From: Candidatus Tepidifontimicrobium thermophilum
GTDB taxonomy: Bacteria; Sysuimicrobiota; Sysuimicrobiia; Sysuimicrobiales; Sysuimicrobiaceae
NCBI GenBank assembly: GCA_031459915.1
Contig: JAVKHO010000004.1
Location: forward strand, 120,858-184,857
Reading direction: 5' to 3'
Length of the DNA stretch: 64,000 bases
The notes under the pieces were generated by a model. The model did not search any database. It was not told the DNA's origin and saw nothing but the letters and a program-made list of their open reading frames with translations. The first letter of the stretch is position 1. The number at the start of each line of letters is the position of its first letter. This document shows positions 36,550-47,402 of this stretch, piece by piece. Position numbers and translations under genes: made by a program.

Positions 36550-37758
36550 ATGAACTCCTTGGCCCCGGCCGGAACCTCACGCGTCCTGTGGGCCGTAGCG
36601 TGGGCTGCCGCCGCGGCGGCGCGGGCCGCGTTGCTCTGGGCGCCTGGCCACCCCGCAGATCTGGCGGCCTTCCACGCCTGGGCACTGCGGCTGGCGGAGG
36701 TCGGGCCCTGGCGTTTCTACGCGCCGGGGCAGTTCGCGGACTACCTGCCCGGCTACCTAGCGCTCCTGTGGCCCCTGGGGTTCTTGGTGCACGCGTGGCC
36801 GGGGGCAGCCGGCCCGCTCCTCAAAGCGGTCCCCGCTTCTGCGGACTTCGCGGTGGCGGCACTTCTGTGGCGCCTGGGGGGAACCCGGGGCCAGGCAGCG
36901 GCCGCGGCCTACCTGTGGAACCCCGCGGTCCTGCTGGCCGGGGCTTGGTGGGGCCAGGCGGAGTCCGTCTCGGTGGCGTGGCTGTTGGGCGGCGCCGTCG
37001 CCCTGCACCGAGGTAACCCAGGGTGGGCGGGAGTGCTGTTCGGGTGGGCGGCCCTCACGAAGCCGCAGTACGCGGCTGCCGGGACCCTGCTCCTGCTCGG
37101 CCTCGTCCGCGGCCGGGCCGGGCTTCGGACACTGGCGTGGAGTGCGGGGAGCTGCGCGCTCACCGTGACAGCAGGGGGGCTGCTGTTCGGCCTCTCACCC
37201 GTGGGGCTCGCGCGCCTTGCCGTTTCCGCCTCCACCACTTACCCCTACGGGTCGGTGAACGCCCTCAACCTGTGGTACCTCACCGGCCTGAACTGGAAGC
37301 CGGACACGCTGCCGGTCCTGGGCGTTGCGAGCTCGGTGTGGGGCCTCGTGCTGGCGTCCGTGGCCATAGCGTGGGTGGCCTGGCGTGTGGCGGCCCGTGG
37401 CGACCCAGCCGTGGCCGCCCTCGGCGCCTCCGCGGTGTGCGTGGTTGTCTTCGCCGTGGCCACCCGTATGCACGAACGGTACCTGTTCCCGGCGTTGCCC
37501 CTAGCCCTGGCCGCCTGGGCTCGCGGCTACAGCGGCGCAGCACTCTGGGTCGCCCTCTCCGTCGTGCTGCTGGCCAACCTCGCGTACGGGTTCGCGTACG
37601 CGGCCAGCTTCCCGCAGTACGCCACCCCGCCCTGGCCGGCCCTGTGGCCGGTACTGTCCGGACCCGCTTCCTACGGAGCCGCACTGGCCACCGTCCTGCT
37701 GGCCGGGTGGAGCCTGTACGCCGCCGCCTCGGCGGTGCGCCGTGGCAGGGGGTGCTAG
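36550..37758 (+). CDS. GT-C fold integral membrane glycosyltransferase (Gpi18-related mannosyltransferase-like)
   Basis: DYLPGY, WNPAVL..WWGQAE, KPQ, SVNALNLW, MHERYLFP; polytopic membrane protein. Confidence 0.75.
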   Translation: MNSLAPAGTSRVLWAVAWAAAAAARAALLWAPGHPADLAAFHAWALRLAEVGPWRFYAPGQFADYLPGYLALLWPLGFLVHAWPGAAGPLLKAVPASADFAVAALLWRLGGTRGQAAAAAYLWNPAVLLAGAWWGQAESVSVAWLLGGAVALHRGNPGWAGVLFGWAALTKPQYAAAGTLLLLGLVRGRAGLRTLAWSAGSCALTVTAGGLLFGLSPVGLARLAVSASTTYPYGSVNALNLWYLTGLNWKPDTLPVLGVASSVWGLVLASVAIAWVAWRVAARGDPAVAALGASAVCVVVFAVATRMHERYLFPALPLALAAWARGYSGAALWVALSVVLLANLAYGFAYAASFPQYATPPWPALWPVLSGPASYGAALATVLLAGWSLYAAASAVRRGRGC

Positions 37759-37767
37759 GCTGATACC

Positions 37768-38277
37768 GTGAGTGCTGACGCGAAGACGGTCAGTGCGCGC
37801 CTGCGGGAGCTGGCGGAGGCGTACGTGAGCGCCCTGCACCGCAGCCTGGGCTCCTCCCTGGTGTCCGCGGTGCTCTTCGGGTCCGTGGCCCGGGGCGAAG
37901 CCGGGCCGACCTCCGACGTGGACCTGCTCCTGGTGGTGGAGCGCCTTCCCGCCTCCCGGCTCGCCCGCCACGACGCGCTGGGCCCGGCGGACGAGGCCGT
38001 AGAACCGCTTCTGGAGGCGTTACGCAGGGACGGGATCCATACGGACGTCCACCCGATCCTCAAGACGCCTGACGAGGCCCGCCGACCTCGGCTTCTGTAC
38101 CTGGACATGGTGGAGGACGCGGTCCTCCTCTACGACCGCGACGGCTTCTTCGGCTCCGTGCTGGACCGCATGCGCGAGTCGCTCCGTCGGCTGGGGGCGC
38201 GCAGGCTCCGGATAGGCCGTGTTCAGTACTGGGACCTCAAGCCCGACTACCGACCGGGAGAGGTGTTCGAGCTGTGA
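37768..38277 (+). CDS. Minimal nucleotidyltransferase (MNT) antitoxin-like
   Basis: GS-X10-DxD motif (GSVARGEAGPTSDVD). Confidence 0.88.
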   Translation: MSADAKTVSARLRELAEAYVSALHRSLGSSLVSAVLFGSVARGEAGPTSDVDLLLVVERLPASRLARHDALGPADEAVEPLLEALRRDGIHTDVHPILKTPDEARRPRLLYLDMVEDAVLLYDRDGFFGSVLDRMRESLRRLGARRLRIGRVQYWDLKPDYRPGEVFEL

Positions 38278-38705
38278 CCAATCGGACCGCGGCGCGCGCC
38301 CTCCTGAACCAGGCCACGGTGGTTCTGGAGGAGGCGCGCTCCCTGCGGCAGCGGGGAGCCTGGAACCTAGTGGTCCGCCGCTGTCAGGAGGTCGTGGAAC
38401 TCTGCCTGAAGGCGGCGTTGCGCGCCGCCGGGGTGGAAGTCCCCCGACTGCACGACGTGGGAGCCACCCTCCGCGCCCACGCGGCCCGTTTCCCAGACCG
38501 ACTGAGGCAGGAGGTCACCGAACTCGCCGCCATCTCCCGACGCCTGGCGCGGGAGCGCGAGCTCGCCTTTTATGGGGACGAGGAAACGGACACGCCGCCG
38601 CAGGACCTGTACGGGGAGTCCGACGCGGAGCGGGCCCTGGCGGACGCGGAACGGGTGGTGAGCTGGACGGAGGCAGTCTTCAGGGGCCTTCCGGCTGGAG
38701 GCTGA
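38274..38705 (+). CDS. HEPN-domain protein
   Basis: CQEVVELCLKA, PRLHDV, RELAFY; GTGA overlap with the MNT gene. Confidence 0.88.
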   Translation: MTNRTAARALLNQATVVLEEARSLRQRGAWNLVVRRCQEVVELCLKAALRAAGVEVPRLHDVGATLRAHAARFPDRLRQEVTELAAISRRLARERELAFYGDEETDTPPQDLYGESDAERALADAERVVSWTEAVFRGLPAGG

Positions 38706-38747
38706 GCGGGCTACGAGCCGCTGGAGCGGTCCTGAGGTCGTGAGGCC

Positions 38748-40268
38748 CTAGGCCAGCTGAAAACGCACGCGTTCCCCAGGACGCTTCTGGGCCAGCCGGG
38801 GAAGGTCTTCCTCCACCACCACCGCCAGGACCGGGTAGCCGCCTGTGGTGGGGCCGTCCGGCATGAGCACGATGGGCTGCCCGGACGGCGGGACCTGCAC
38901 CGCACCCACCACCATCCCCTCCGACAGGATCTCGCCGGCACCCGCGTGGGCAACTCGTGGGCCCTCCAGTCGGTAGCCGGAACGGTCGCTGCGGGCGGTG
39001 ACCACGTACTCGTCGGCCAGGAAGCGGTCCAGGGCCCCTGGCTCGAAGGCCGCGAGGTGAGGACCCGCAACGACCCTCAGGGGCCCGGAGCCCCTGGGTG
39101 CAGCTGGCTTGGTTACGCCCGGGATCCTGCGGGCCCGACGCACCAGGTCTCCGCGGCGCAACACCTTCCCGCCCAACCCCGACGGCACGTGCGTGCTGCG
39201 GCTCCCGAGGACTTCCGGGGCCTGCACGCCGCCCGCCACCGCCAGGTAGCACCAGCTACCCCACCGGGGCGTGCGGAAACGCAGGACCTGGCCCCGGCGG
39301 ACCCTCACGGCCTCGCCCAGGGGCACAGGGGAACGGTCCACCTCCGCGCCGAAGTCCGCGCCCGCCAGGGCCACCTCCACGTCCACCAGCGCCTCCAGGG
39401 CCGGACCAGGCCAGGTGAACTCCAGTCCGGCACACTCCGGCGCGTTTCCGACCGCGGCGTTTGCCTGCCGCAACGCTTCGGGGTCCATGGCGCCTGAAAC
39501 CGGCACCCCAAAGCGTCTGTAGCCGAACCTGCCCAGGTCCTGGACGCTGCACAGCAGGCCGCCATCCAGCACCACAAAGGCCGGTACGCCGTCCGGTTCC
39601 CTTTCCCGCACGGGAGGGGCCGCCTGCCAGTCCGCCTCCTCCACGGCCACGAAGCGCACCCGGTCTCCCACCTCGAACAGCGCGGGTGGTCGGCGTGCGG
39701 GGTCGAACACCTGCAAGGGCGTGCGGCCGAGGATCCGCCAGCCGCCGGGGCTCGGAGACGGGTAGATGCCCGTCTGCCGGCCTGCCACCGCGACCGACCC
39801 GGACGGAACCCTGGGCCTCGGCTGGGGCAACCGGGGGACCGCGATGCGCTGAGGGACCGTTCCCATGTACGGGAAGCCGGGCGAGAAGCCCAGCATGTAG
39901 ACCAGGTACTCGGTCCCCGTGTGCAGCTCCACCACCTCCCGCTCCGAGAGTCCCGCCCACCGGGCTACCTCCGCCAAGTCCGGGCCGAACTCGCCCCCGT
40001 ACACCACGGGCACCTCGTGCGGCCGTCCTTCCAGCGGGGCCTCCGGGCTGTCGGGAGCCTGGCGTGCCCGTTCCGCCAGCGCCTCCGCGTCCACCGTCTG
40101 GGGGTCGAAGTGCACCAGCAGGGACGCGTAGGCAGGCACCGTCTCCACCACTCCGGGAACCTTCCGCAGCCACCGGTCCACGTGCAGCACCTGGGCCAGC
40201 AGCCTGGGGTCGACTGCGGTGCCCAGCCGCACCAGGAGGGCCCGCGATCCGAAGGGCAAAACGTCCAT
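38748..40268 (-). CDS. pxpBC: Fused 5-oxoprolinase subunits PxpB-PxpC (KipI-KipA-like)
   Basis: LGFSPGFPY, QTGIYP..SPGGW..GRT (B part); QDLGRFG..GVPVSGAMD, DRSGYRL, GAVQVP..TTGGYP (C part). TGATG overlap with alr. Confidence 0.9.
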   Translation of the reverse strand: MDVLPFGSRALLVRLGTAVDPRLLAQVLHVDRWLRKVPGVVETVPAYASLLVHFDPQTVDAEALAERARQAPDSPEAPLEGRPHEVPVVYGGEFGPDLAEVARWAGLSEREVVELHTGTEYLVYMLGFSPGFPYMGTVPQRIAVPRLPQPRPRVPSGSVAVAGRQTGIYPSPSPGGWRILGRTPLQVFDPARRPPALFEVGDRVRFVAVEEADWQAAPPVREREPDGVPAFVVLDGGLLCSVQDLGRFGYRRFGVPVSGAMDPEALRQANAAVGNAPECAGLEFTWPGPALEALVDVEVALAGADFGAEVDRSPVPLGEAVRVRRGQVLRFRTPRWGSWCYLAVAGGVQAPEVLGSRSTHVPSGLGGKVLRRGDLVRRARRIPGVTKPAAPRGSGPLRVVAGPHLAAFEPGALDRFLADEYVVTARSDRSGYRLEGPRVAHAGAGEILSEGMVVGAVQVPPSGQPIVLMPDGPTTGGYPVLAVVVEEDLPRLAQKRPGERVRFQLA

Positions 40269-41368
40269 CAGACCCGCGGGGACGCTCCTCTGTAGACCCG
40301 CGGCAGGCGCGGGCCCAGGCGCGTGACGATCTCGTACGGGATGGTCCCGCACAGGGAAGCCAGCTCCTCCGCAGGGGCCGCGGGGCCTACCAGCTCCACC
40401 TCTTCTCCTTCCTCGACCTCCAGGTCGCCCGCGTCCAGCATGAGGAAATCCATGCACACGGCTCCCGCGTACCGCACCCGGTGTCCCCGCAGGCTGGCGA
40501 ACCCTCGGTTGGAGAGGTTGCGGGGGATCCCGTCCCCGTAGCCTACCGGGACCGTCACGATGGTGGCCGGCCGCGGGGTCCGGTAGCTGGCGCCGTAGCT
40601 CACGGGTGTCCCCTCGGGCACGCGGCGCACCTGCACCGCCCGGGCCACCACCCGCATCGCCGGCCGCAGCTCAGGGGCGGGTACGCCCGGGGAGAGACCG
40701 TACAGGGCGATGCCGACCCGTACCAGGTCCAGGTGGCTGGCTGGCAGCGTGAAGGTGGCCGCGCTGTTGGCCGCGTGCACGAACGGCACGTGGTGTCCCC
40801 GGGCCCGGAGGGCCTCCACTACCGCCAGGAACCGCCGTAGCTGGGAGACGGTGAAGCTCTGGTCCGTGTCCGCGCACGCGAAGTGGGTGTACACGCCCTC
40901 CAGGTGCAGTCCGGGTGTGCGGGCGATCCGGTCCGCCACCTCGGCGGCTTCCTCCGGCGGGAACCCGACCCGCGTCATGCCCGTGTCCACCTTCAGGTGG
41001 ACAGCCACGCCCACCGGGGACCGGGCGCTGGCCTCCACCGCAGCCTGTAGGCTTTGGGCGGAGAACACCGTGAAGGACACCCGCTGGCTGGCCCCTTCCA
41101 CGACGGCTTCAGGCGAGCTGTAGCCGAAAACCAGCACAGGTACCTGAAGCCCCGCGGCGCGCAGGTGCACGGCCTCCTCCGCCAGCGCCACGCCCAGCCA
41201 CGTGGCGCCCGCCTCCACCGCCGCCCGGGCCACGGGCACGGCACCGTGTCCGTACGCGTCCGCCTTGACCACGGCCAGCAGCTGAGTGGACCGGCGGAGC
41301 ACCCCCAGGGTGGCGCGCACGTTGGACCGGACGGAGTCCAGGTCGACCTCAACCCACGCTGGCCGCAT
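40268..41368 (-). CDS. alr: Alanine racemase
   Basis: AVVKADAYGHG, HLKVDTGMTRVG, ANSAA, VSYG, GYGDG, CMD, TIPYEI. Confidence 0.96.
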   Translation of the reverse strand: MRPAWVEVDLDSVRSNVRATLGVLRRSTQLLAVVKADAYGHGAVPVARAAVEAGATWLGVALAEEAVHLRAAGLQVPVLVFGYSSPEAVVEGASQRVSFTVFSAQSLQAAVEASARSPVGVAVHLKVDTGMTRVGFPPEEAAEVADRIARTPGLHLEGVYTHFACADTDQSFTVSQLRRFLAVVEALRARGHHVPFVHAANSAATFTLPASHLDLVRVGIALYGLSPGVPAPELRPAMRVVARAVQVRRVPEGTPVSYGASYRTPRPATIVTVPVGYGDGIPRNLSNRGFASLRGHRVRYAGAVCMDFLMLDAGDLEVEEGEEVELVGPAAPAEELASLCGTIPYEIVTRLGPRLPRVYRGASPRV

Positions 41369-42944
41369 GGAGGTAGCTAAACGGTTCCCTGGCCTGTCCG
41401 GTGCGGACCCGGTAGATGGCCTCGGGGATCCGCTCCGCCACGTCGTGGGCCAGCAACCCCCGGTCCCCCCACTCCTCCGCCAGGAGGTCCGCCGCAAGGC
41501 CATGCAGGTAGGCGGCCACCCACGCGGCGTCGAACGGCACCAGACCCTGGCCCAGCAGAGCGGCCACCGCGCCCGTGAGCACGTCTCCCATTCCTCCGGA
41601 GGCCATCCCGGGGTTGCCGGTGGGATTCACCACCACTCGTCCCTCGGGGGATGCCACCACGGTGCGAGCCCCCTTCAGCAGGGTCACCGCGCCCGTAAGG
41701 CGGGCCGCGGACCTCGCCACCTCCAGGCGCGCGCGCTGCACCTCGGAGGTGGAAATACCCAGGAGCCGTCCCAGCTCTCCCGGGTGCGGGGTGATCACCA
41801 CGGGCGCACGGGCCGCGCGCAGGACACTGTGGTGGCCGCGCAGGACGTTGAGGGCGTCGGCGTCCAGCACCAGGGGGCGGTCGCAGGTCTCCAGCACGCC
41901 CCGGACGACCCGGTTCACCCCTTCCGCCGTGGTGAGGCCAGGCCCCAGGGCGACCACGTCTGCGTCCTGGGCATATTCCATGACGAGGTCTAGGGCCGAG
42001 GGATCCACGGCGCCTTCTGCGTCCGGCAGACCTGCGGGCATGAACTCCAGGGCGGAGGCGGCCACGGCGGGGAAGATGCAGCTCGGTACCAGCAGCCGCA
42101 CCAACCCTGCGCCGCACCGCAGCGCGCCCAGGGCGGCCAACTTGGGTGCACCGGGGAACCGGGAAGAACCCGCCACCACCAGCACCCGCCCGTAGGTGCC
42201 CTTGTGGGTCTCCGGCGCCCGGGGGGGCAGCAACCTGGCCACCTGCGCTGCGGTGGCCACTTCCGTGGGGAGCAGGGAGCCCTCCAGGACGAGGCGCCGT
42301 GGGAGCCCCAGGTCCGCCACCACCACCTGCCCGCAGTACGCCGCACCCGGGTACAGCAAGAGGCCCACCTTGGGCAGGCCCATGGTCACCGTGACCTGTG
42401 CCCGCACGCACGGGCCTTCCACCCTGCCCGTGTCCGCGTCCAGGCCAGAAGGCACGTCCACTGCCACCACGGGCAGCCGGCTGTCGTTGATGGCCTCGAT
42501 GGCACGGGCCGCCAGGCCCATGGGGCTGCCGCGGAAACCCGTGCCGAAGATGGCGTCTACGATGACGTCCGCACCCACTCCCACAGCGCGAAGGGCCGTG
42601 TCCACCGCGCCCACCACGTTGTCCACCTCGACGCCCCCAGCGCGGAGCGCCCGCAGGTTTGTGGCCGCGTCCCCCTCCAGGTCCTGGTCGCGGGCCAGCA
42701 GGTACACCCGCACCGACAGCCCTGCGTTGGCCAGGTGGCGGGATGCGCACAGGCCGTCCCCTCCGTTGTTCCCCTTCCCGCACACCACCACGACCCTGTT
42801 CCCGCCCCGCTCCCGCAGAAGCTTCCAGGTCACCTGGGCCACCGCGCGGCCCGCGTGCTCCATCAACACCAGCGTGGGCAGCCCCGCTTCGTCCGCGGCC
42901 CGCCGTTCCAGCTCCCGCATCTCGCTAGCGGTCACCAGCTTCAC
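41349..42944 (-). CDS. nnr: Bifunctional NAD(P)H-hydrate epimerase/dehydratase
   Basis: LMEHAG, CGKGNNGGDG, DAIFGTG, DVPSG; HKGTYG, DADALN, TPHPGE, GGMGDVLTG. Confidence 0.95.
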   Translation of the reverse strand: MKLVTASEMRELERRAADEAGLPTLVLMEHAGRAVAQVTWKLLRERGGNRVVVVCGKGNNGGDGLCASRHLANAGLSVRVYLLARDQDLEGDAATNLRALRAGGVEVDNVVGAVDTALRAVGVGADVIVDAIFGTGFRGSPMGLAARAIEAINDSRLPVVAVDVPSGLDADTGRVEGPCVRAQVTVTMGLPKVGLLLYPGAAYCGQVVVADLGLPRRLVLEGSLLPTEVATAAQVARLLPPRAPETHKGTYGRVLVVAGSSRFPGAPKLAALGALRCGAGLVRLLVPSCIFPAVAASALEFMPAGLPDAEGAVDPSALDLVMEYAQDADVVALGPGLTTAEGVNRVVRGVLETCDRPLVLDADALNVLRGHHSVLRAARAPVVITPHPGELGRLLGISTSEVQRARLEVARSAARLTGAVTLLKGARTVVASPEGRVVVNPTGNPGMASGGMGDVLTGAVAALLGQGLVPFDAAWVAAYLHGLAADLLAEEWGDRGLLAHDVAERIPEAIYRVRTGQAREPFSYLHAASVG

Positions 42945-43317
42945 GCCGCCCCTCCGCCACCGCCACGGCGACCGCGTAGCCGCGGGTGTGGGACAGAGAC
43001 AGGTGTACGGCCACCACGCCTGCCTGCTCTGCCAGCCGGGCCGCCGCGCCGTACAGCCTGGCCTGTGGCCGGCCCCCCGGGTCGCGGGTGACCTCGATGT
43101 CCCGGAACCGGACCCGGCCCCACCCGTAGCCCAGGGCCTTCATGACCGCCTCCTTGGCGGCGAACCGAACCGCCAGGCGCGCGGGGCCGTCTCGGCCCGA
43201 CGCCCGCGCCAGCTCCACGGGCGTGTACACCCGGTTCAGGAAGCTCTCGCCCCAGCGGTCCACCGCCCGCCGGATGCGTGCCACCTCCACCGCGTCCACC
43301 CCGACGCCCAGCACCAC
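42925..43317 (-). CDS. acpS: Holo-ACP synthase
   Basis: GVGVDAVE, RFAAKEAVMKALG, LSLSHT. Confidence 0.95.
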   Translation of the reverse strand: MVLGVGVDAVEVARIRRAVDRWGESFLNRVYTPVELARASGRDGPARLAVRFAAKEAVMKALGYGWGRVRFRDIEVTRDPGGRPQARLYGAAARLAEQAGVVAVHLSLSHTRGYAVAVAVAEGRREAGDR

Positions 43318-43506
43318 CTACGCTACCCCCTCCGGACCCTCCGCCTCCTCCACCAGCAGGACCGGAATGCCGTCCCGGATGGGGTAGCGGCGGCCGCAGC
43401 GCGCACACGCCAGGCGGTCCTGCTCCTGCCGCAGCCCACCGTGGCAGGCGGGGCAGGCCAGCAGCTCCAGAAGTGCAGGGTCCACGCGGTAGCCCGGCCC
43501 GTCCAT
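43318..43506 (-). CDS. Trm112/YcaR-family protein
   Basis: LLELLACPAC..L.C..C.RRYPIRDGIPVLL. Confidence 0.9.
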   Translation of the reverse strand: MDGPGYRVDPALLELLACPACHGGLRQEQDRLACARCGRRYPIRDGIPVLLVEEAEGPEGVA

Positions 43507-43546
43507 CCGAGAGGGTACGGTTCGGCGCGGGCTTCTGGGATTCCCG

Positions 43547-45373
<1,827 letters not shown>

Positions 45374-45431
45374 AGACGCCTCCCGCCCCGAGACCGACGG
45401 CCGCCGGGGCAACCGGTCTCGTAGCCGCGGC

Positions 45432-46562
45432 CTACTGGCCGGCGGCTGCGGGCTCCGCCTCGCGGCTCACCACGAACTCCTTCTCCAGCGCCTCCAGACG
45501 CGCCACGATCCCTCCGTACTCCAGCTCCGACATGGGCAGCATGGCCGGCCCGAAGAATCCCTGCCGGCGCATCTCCAGGGCCTTGGCCGCCGCGCGGTCG
45601 CGCACGTGGGCCCAGAAGGGGTCCGCGAACAGGTCCGTCGGCTCGGTGAACTTCCCCTCGTGTACGGAGAAGGCGAGGCCCGAGACCATGGGCACGCAGA
45701 AGAAGGTGCTGGCAGGGGTGTTGATGGGCACCGGCATCAGCGGCAGGTTGTGGCTGCCGCGGGTGTCCCCGGCCACGAAGGGCACCACGGCGAAGGGTGG
45801 CCCGAACTCCTCCGTGGCCGGGAAGATCTTCTGCACCCGGACCACCGCCACGGGGTCGTCCTTGCCCACGTACCGGCCCGCGATGTTGCGCAGCCGGGTG
45901 GTGGACACCGCGGCCGCCTGCTCCTGCGGGTACTTCCGGGACCAGATGGACTCGATGACGTAGCGGTGGGTGTCCCGGAGCAGCGCCGCGATGTCGTACA
46001 GGCGCTCGGGCGCGTCCAGGGTGATGGTCCGGTCCCCCTCCGTGTAGTCCACGTCCATGATGCGGAACCGGAAGCCCTGGTGGAGGTCCGGGGACAGCAG
46101 CAGGCCGGAGGAGTACATGGGATCCGCGAAGGCGAGGTACAGGGGCAGGTTGAAGGCGCCGGGCTCGGTCTTGTCCGCGGCGAATACCACCACGGCTTCG
46201 TTGGGGCGCTCTTCGAACTCCATCTCCGCCGCGGCGGGCCCCAGGCCCCGTACGTTGCCCGAAAAGGCGTCCTTCAGCAAGTCCTGGCCCGCGCCGTACA
46301 GCCCCTGCCGTTTGGCCACCTCCGCGCCTGCCCGGAACGCCTCCCAGGCGAGGGCGTGCACGTCCGGATGTCCCACCCCGTGGTGGTGGGACAGGATCAG
46401 GCACACGTCATCCCCCGTGTGGGCCACGTAAGCGTCTACCAGCAGCTTGCCGCGCTCGGCAAACACACGCTCCCGCACCACTTCTAGGACCCGCTGGCTG
46501 GGCAGGGTGTGTCCGCCCACGCTGCCGATGTCGGCCTTGATCACGCTCAGGGTGGTGCGCAT
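45432..46562 (-). CDS. fbp: Fructose-1,6-bisphosphate aldolase/phosphatase (class V, archaeal-type)
   Basis: VIKADIGSVGGH, GDD, GLYGAGQDLLKDAFSGNVRGLGP, DKTEPGAFN, YVGKDDP, RGSH, LEY. Confidence 0.96.
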   Translation of the reverse strand: MRTTLSVIKADIGSVGGHTLPSQRVLEVVRERVFAERGKLLVDAYVAHTGDDVCLILSHHHGVGHPDVHALAWEAFRAGAEVAKRQGLYGAGQDLLKDAFSGNVRGLGPAAAEMEFEERPNEAVVVFAADKTEPGAFNLPLYLAFADPMYSSGLLLSPDLHQGFRFRIMDVDYTEGDRTITLDAPERLYDIAALLRDTHRYVIESIWSRKYPQEQAAAVSTTRLRNIAGRYVGKDDPVAVVRVQKIFPATEEFGPPFAVVPFVAGDTRGSHNLPLMPVPINTPASTFFCVPMVSGLAFSVHEGKFTEPTDLFADPFWAHVRDRAAAKALEMRRQGFFGPAMLPMSELEYGGIVARLEALEKEFVVSREAEPAAAGQ

Positions 46563-46699
46563 ACGCTCCCCTCCTTTCGCGCACACGGATTTCCTGTCAG
46601 CCCGCAAAAAGCGGGGCCGGGGGTCGGTTGACTTTCTCGTGGGACCCTCGCGCTCAGGTGGGACGCCCAGCGCGACGGTCAGCTCAGGACGGCGCCGGC

Positions 46700-46881
46700 C
46701 GGCAGCCTTTTGTCCCGGGGTCGCCCCCGGGCTTTGTCAGCTACCTTTTGCGCACCGGATGGGTTTCCGGAGGCCCGCCGGTGGGCCTGGGGTCACCCGC
46801 CGAGCAGGAAGCCAGAGCTTCCCGTCGAGATCCCCCGCCTCGTCAACCCGCAGCCCACACAGGCTGCGGGTCCTGGCGCTG
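46700..46881 (-). ncRNA. glmS ribozyme (GlcN6P-activated self-cleaving riboswitch)
   Basis: The minus strand reads A/GCGCCAGGAC-CCGCAGCC-loop-GGCTGCGG-GTTGACGAGG..ATCTCGA-hairpin-TCGGCGGGTG..ACAAAG-CCCGGGG-GCGA-CCCCGGG-ACAAA. The conserved core and the GNRA-capped P4.1 are present. Predicted cleavage is between 46880 and 46879. Confidence 0.9.
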
Positions 46882-46926
46882 CAACCCAACTGTTCCCCTC
46901 TCACCTCCCTGACAAGCCCTGCCTGT

Positions 46927-46955
46927 TGTGTACCAGACCCCGGGCTACCGCGCAA
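46927..46955 (-). promoter_or_regulatory. Candidate promoter for the ribozyme-fbp-glmS transcript
   Basis: TTGCGC-17 nt-TACACA with an extended TGn -10, about 45 nt upstream of the cleavage site. Confidence 0.45.
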
Positions 46956-47048
46956 CCGGCCGGTCGGCGGATTCACACCCTCCGAACGGTGGATCCGCGC
47001 GACCGCAGGGCTAACGCAGTGCACCACGGTCAGCCTGTCGCAGCCACC

Positions 47049-47402
47049 CTAGCGACCCGGTGCCAGCCCCCGAACGGCTACCGCCACCATCCCCAGGGCC
47101 ACGGCCACCAGGTTCACCGCCAGATCCCCCAGCTCCGCGCCGCGGTAGGGCAGGAAGCTCTGCACCCCCTCCATGAGGAGCCCGTACAGCCACGCCAGGG
47201 CCGCCGCGCGAACGGCTGGCATCCTCCGGGACAGGAGAACCGTTAGCACCGAGAAGCCCACCAGGTGGTAGGCGGGGCCCCCGGGCTGGAACCCGTGGGG
47301 CCCCAGGGGCGGCAGGACGCCCCCGACCCCGACGGAGACCATCCACGTGAAGGTCCAGGCCCGCCACAGGTCGTCCGATCGGTCACCGTCGGACCTGCTC
47401 AC
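47049..47402 (-). CDS. VanZ-family membrane protein
   Basis: H..GF, E..Q..LP.R..ELGDL..N pattern; the GTG start overlaps the glmM stop. Confidence 0.7.
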   Translation of the reverse strand: MSRSDGDRSDDLWRAWTFTWMVSVGVGGVLPPLGPHGFQPGGPAYHLVGFSVLTVLLSRRMPAVRAAALAWLYGLLMEGVQSFLPYRGAELGDLAVNLVAVALGMVAVAVRGLAPGR

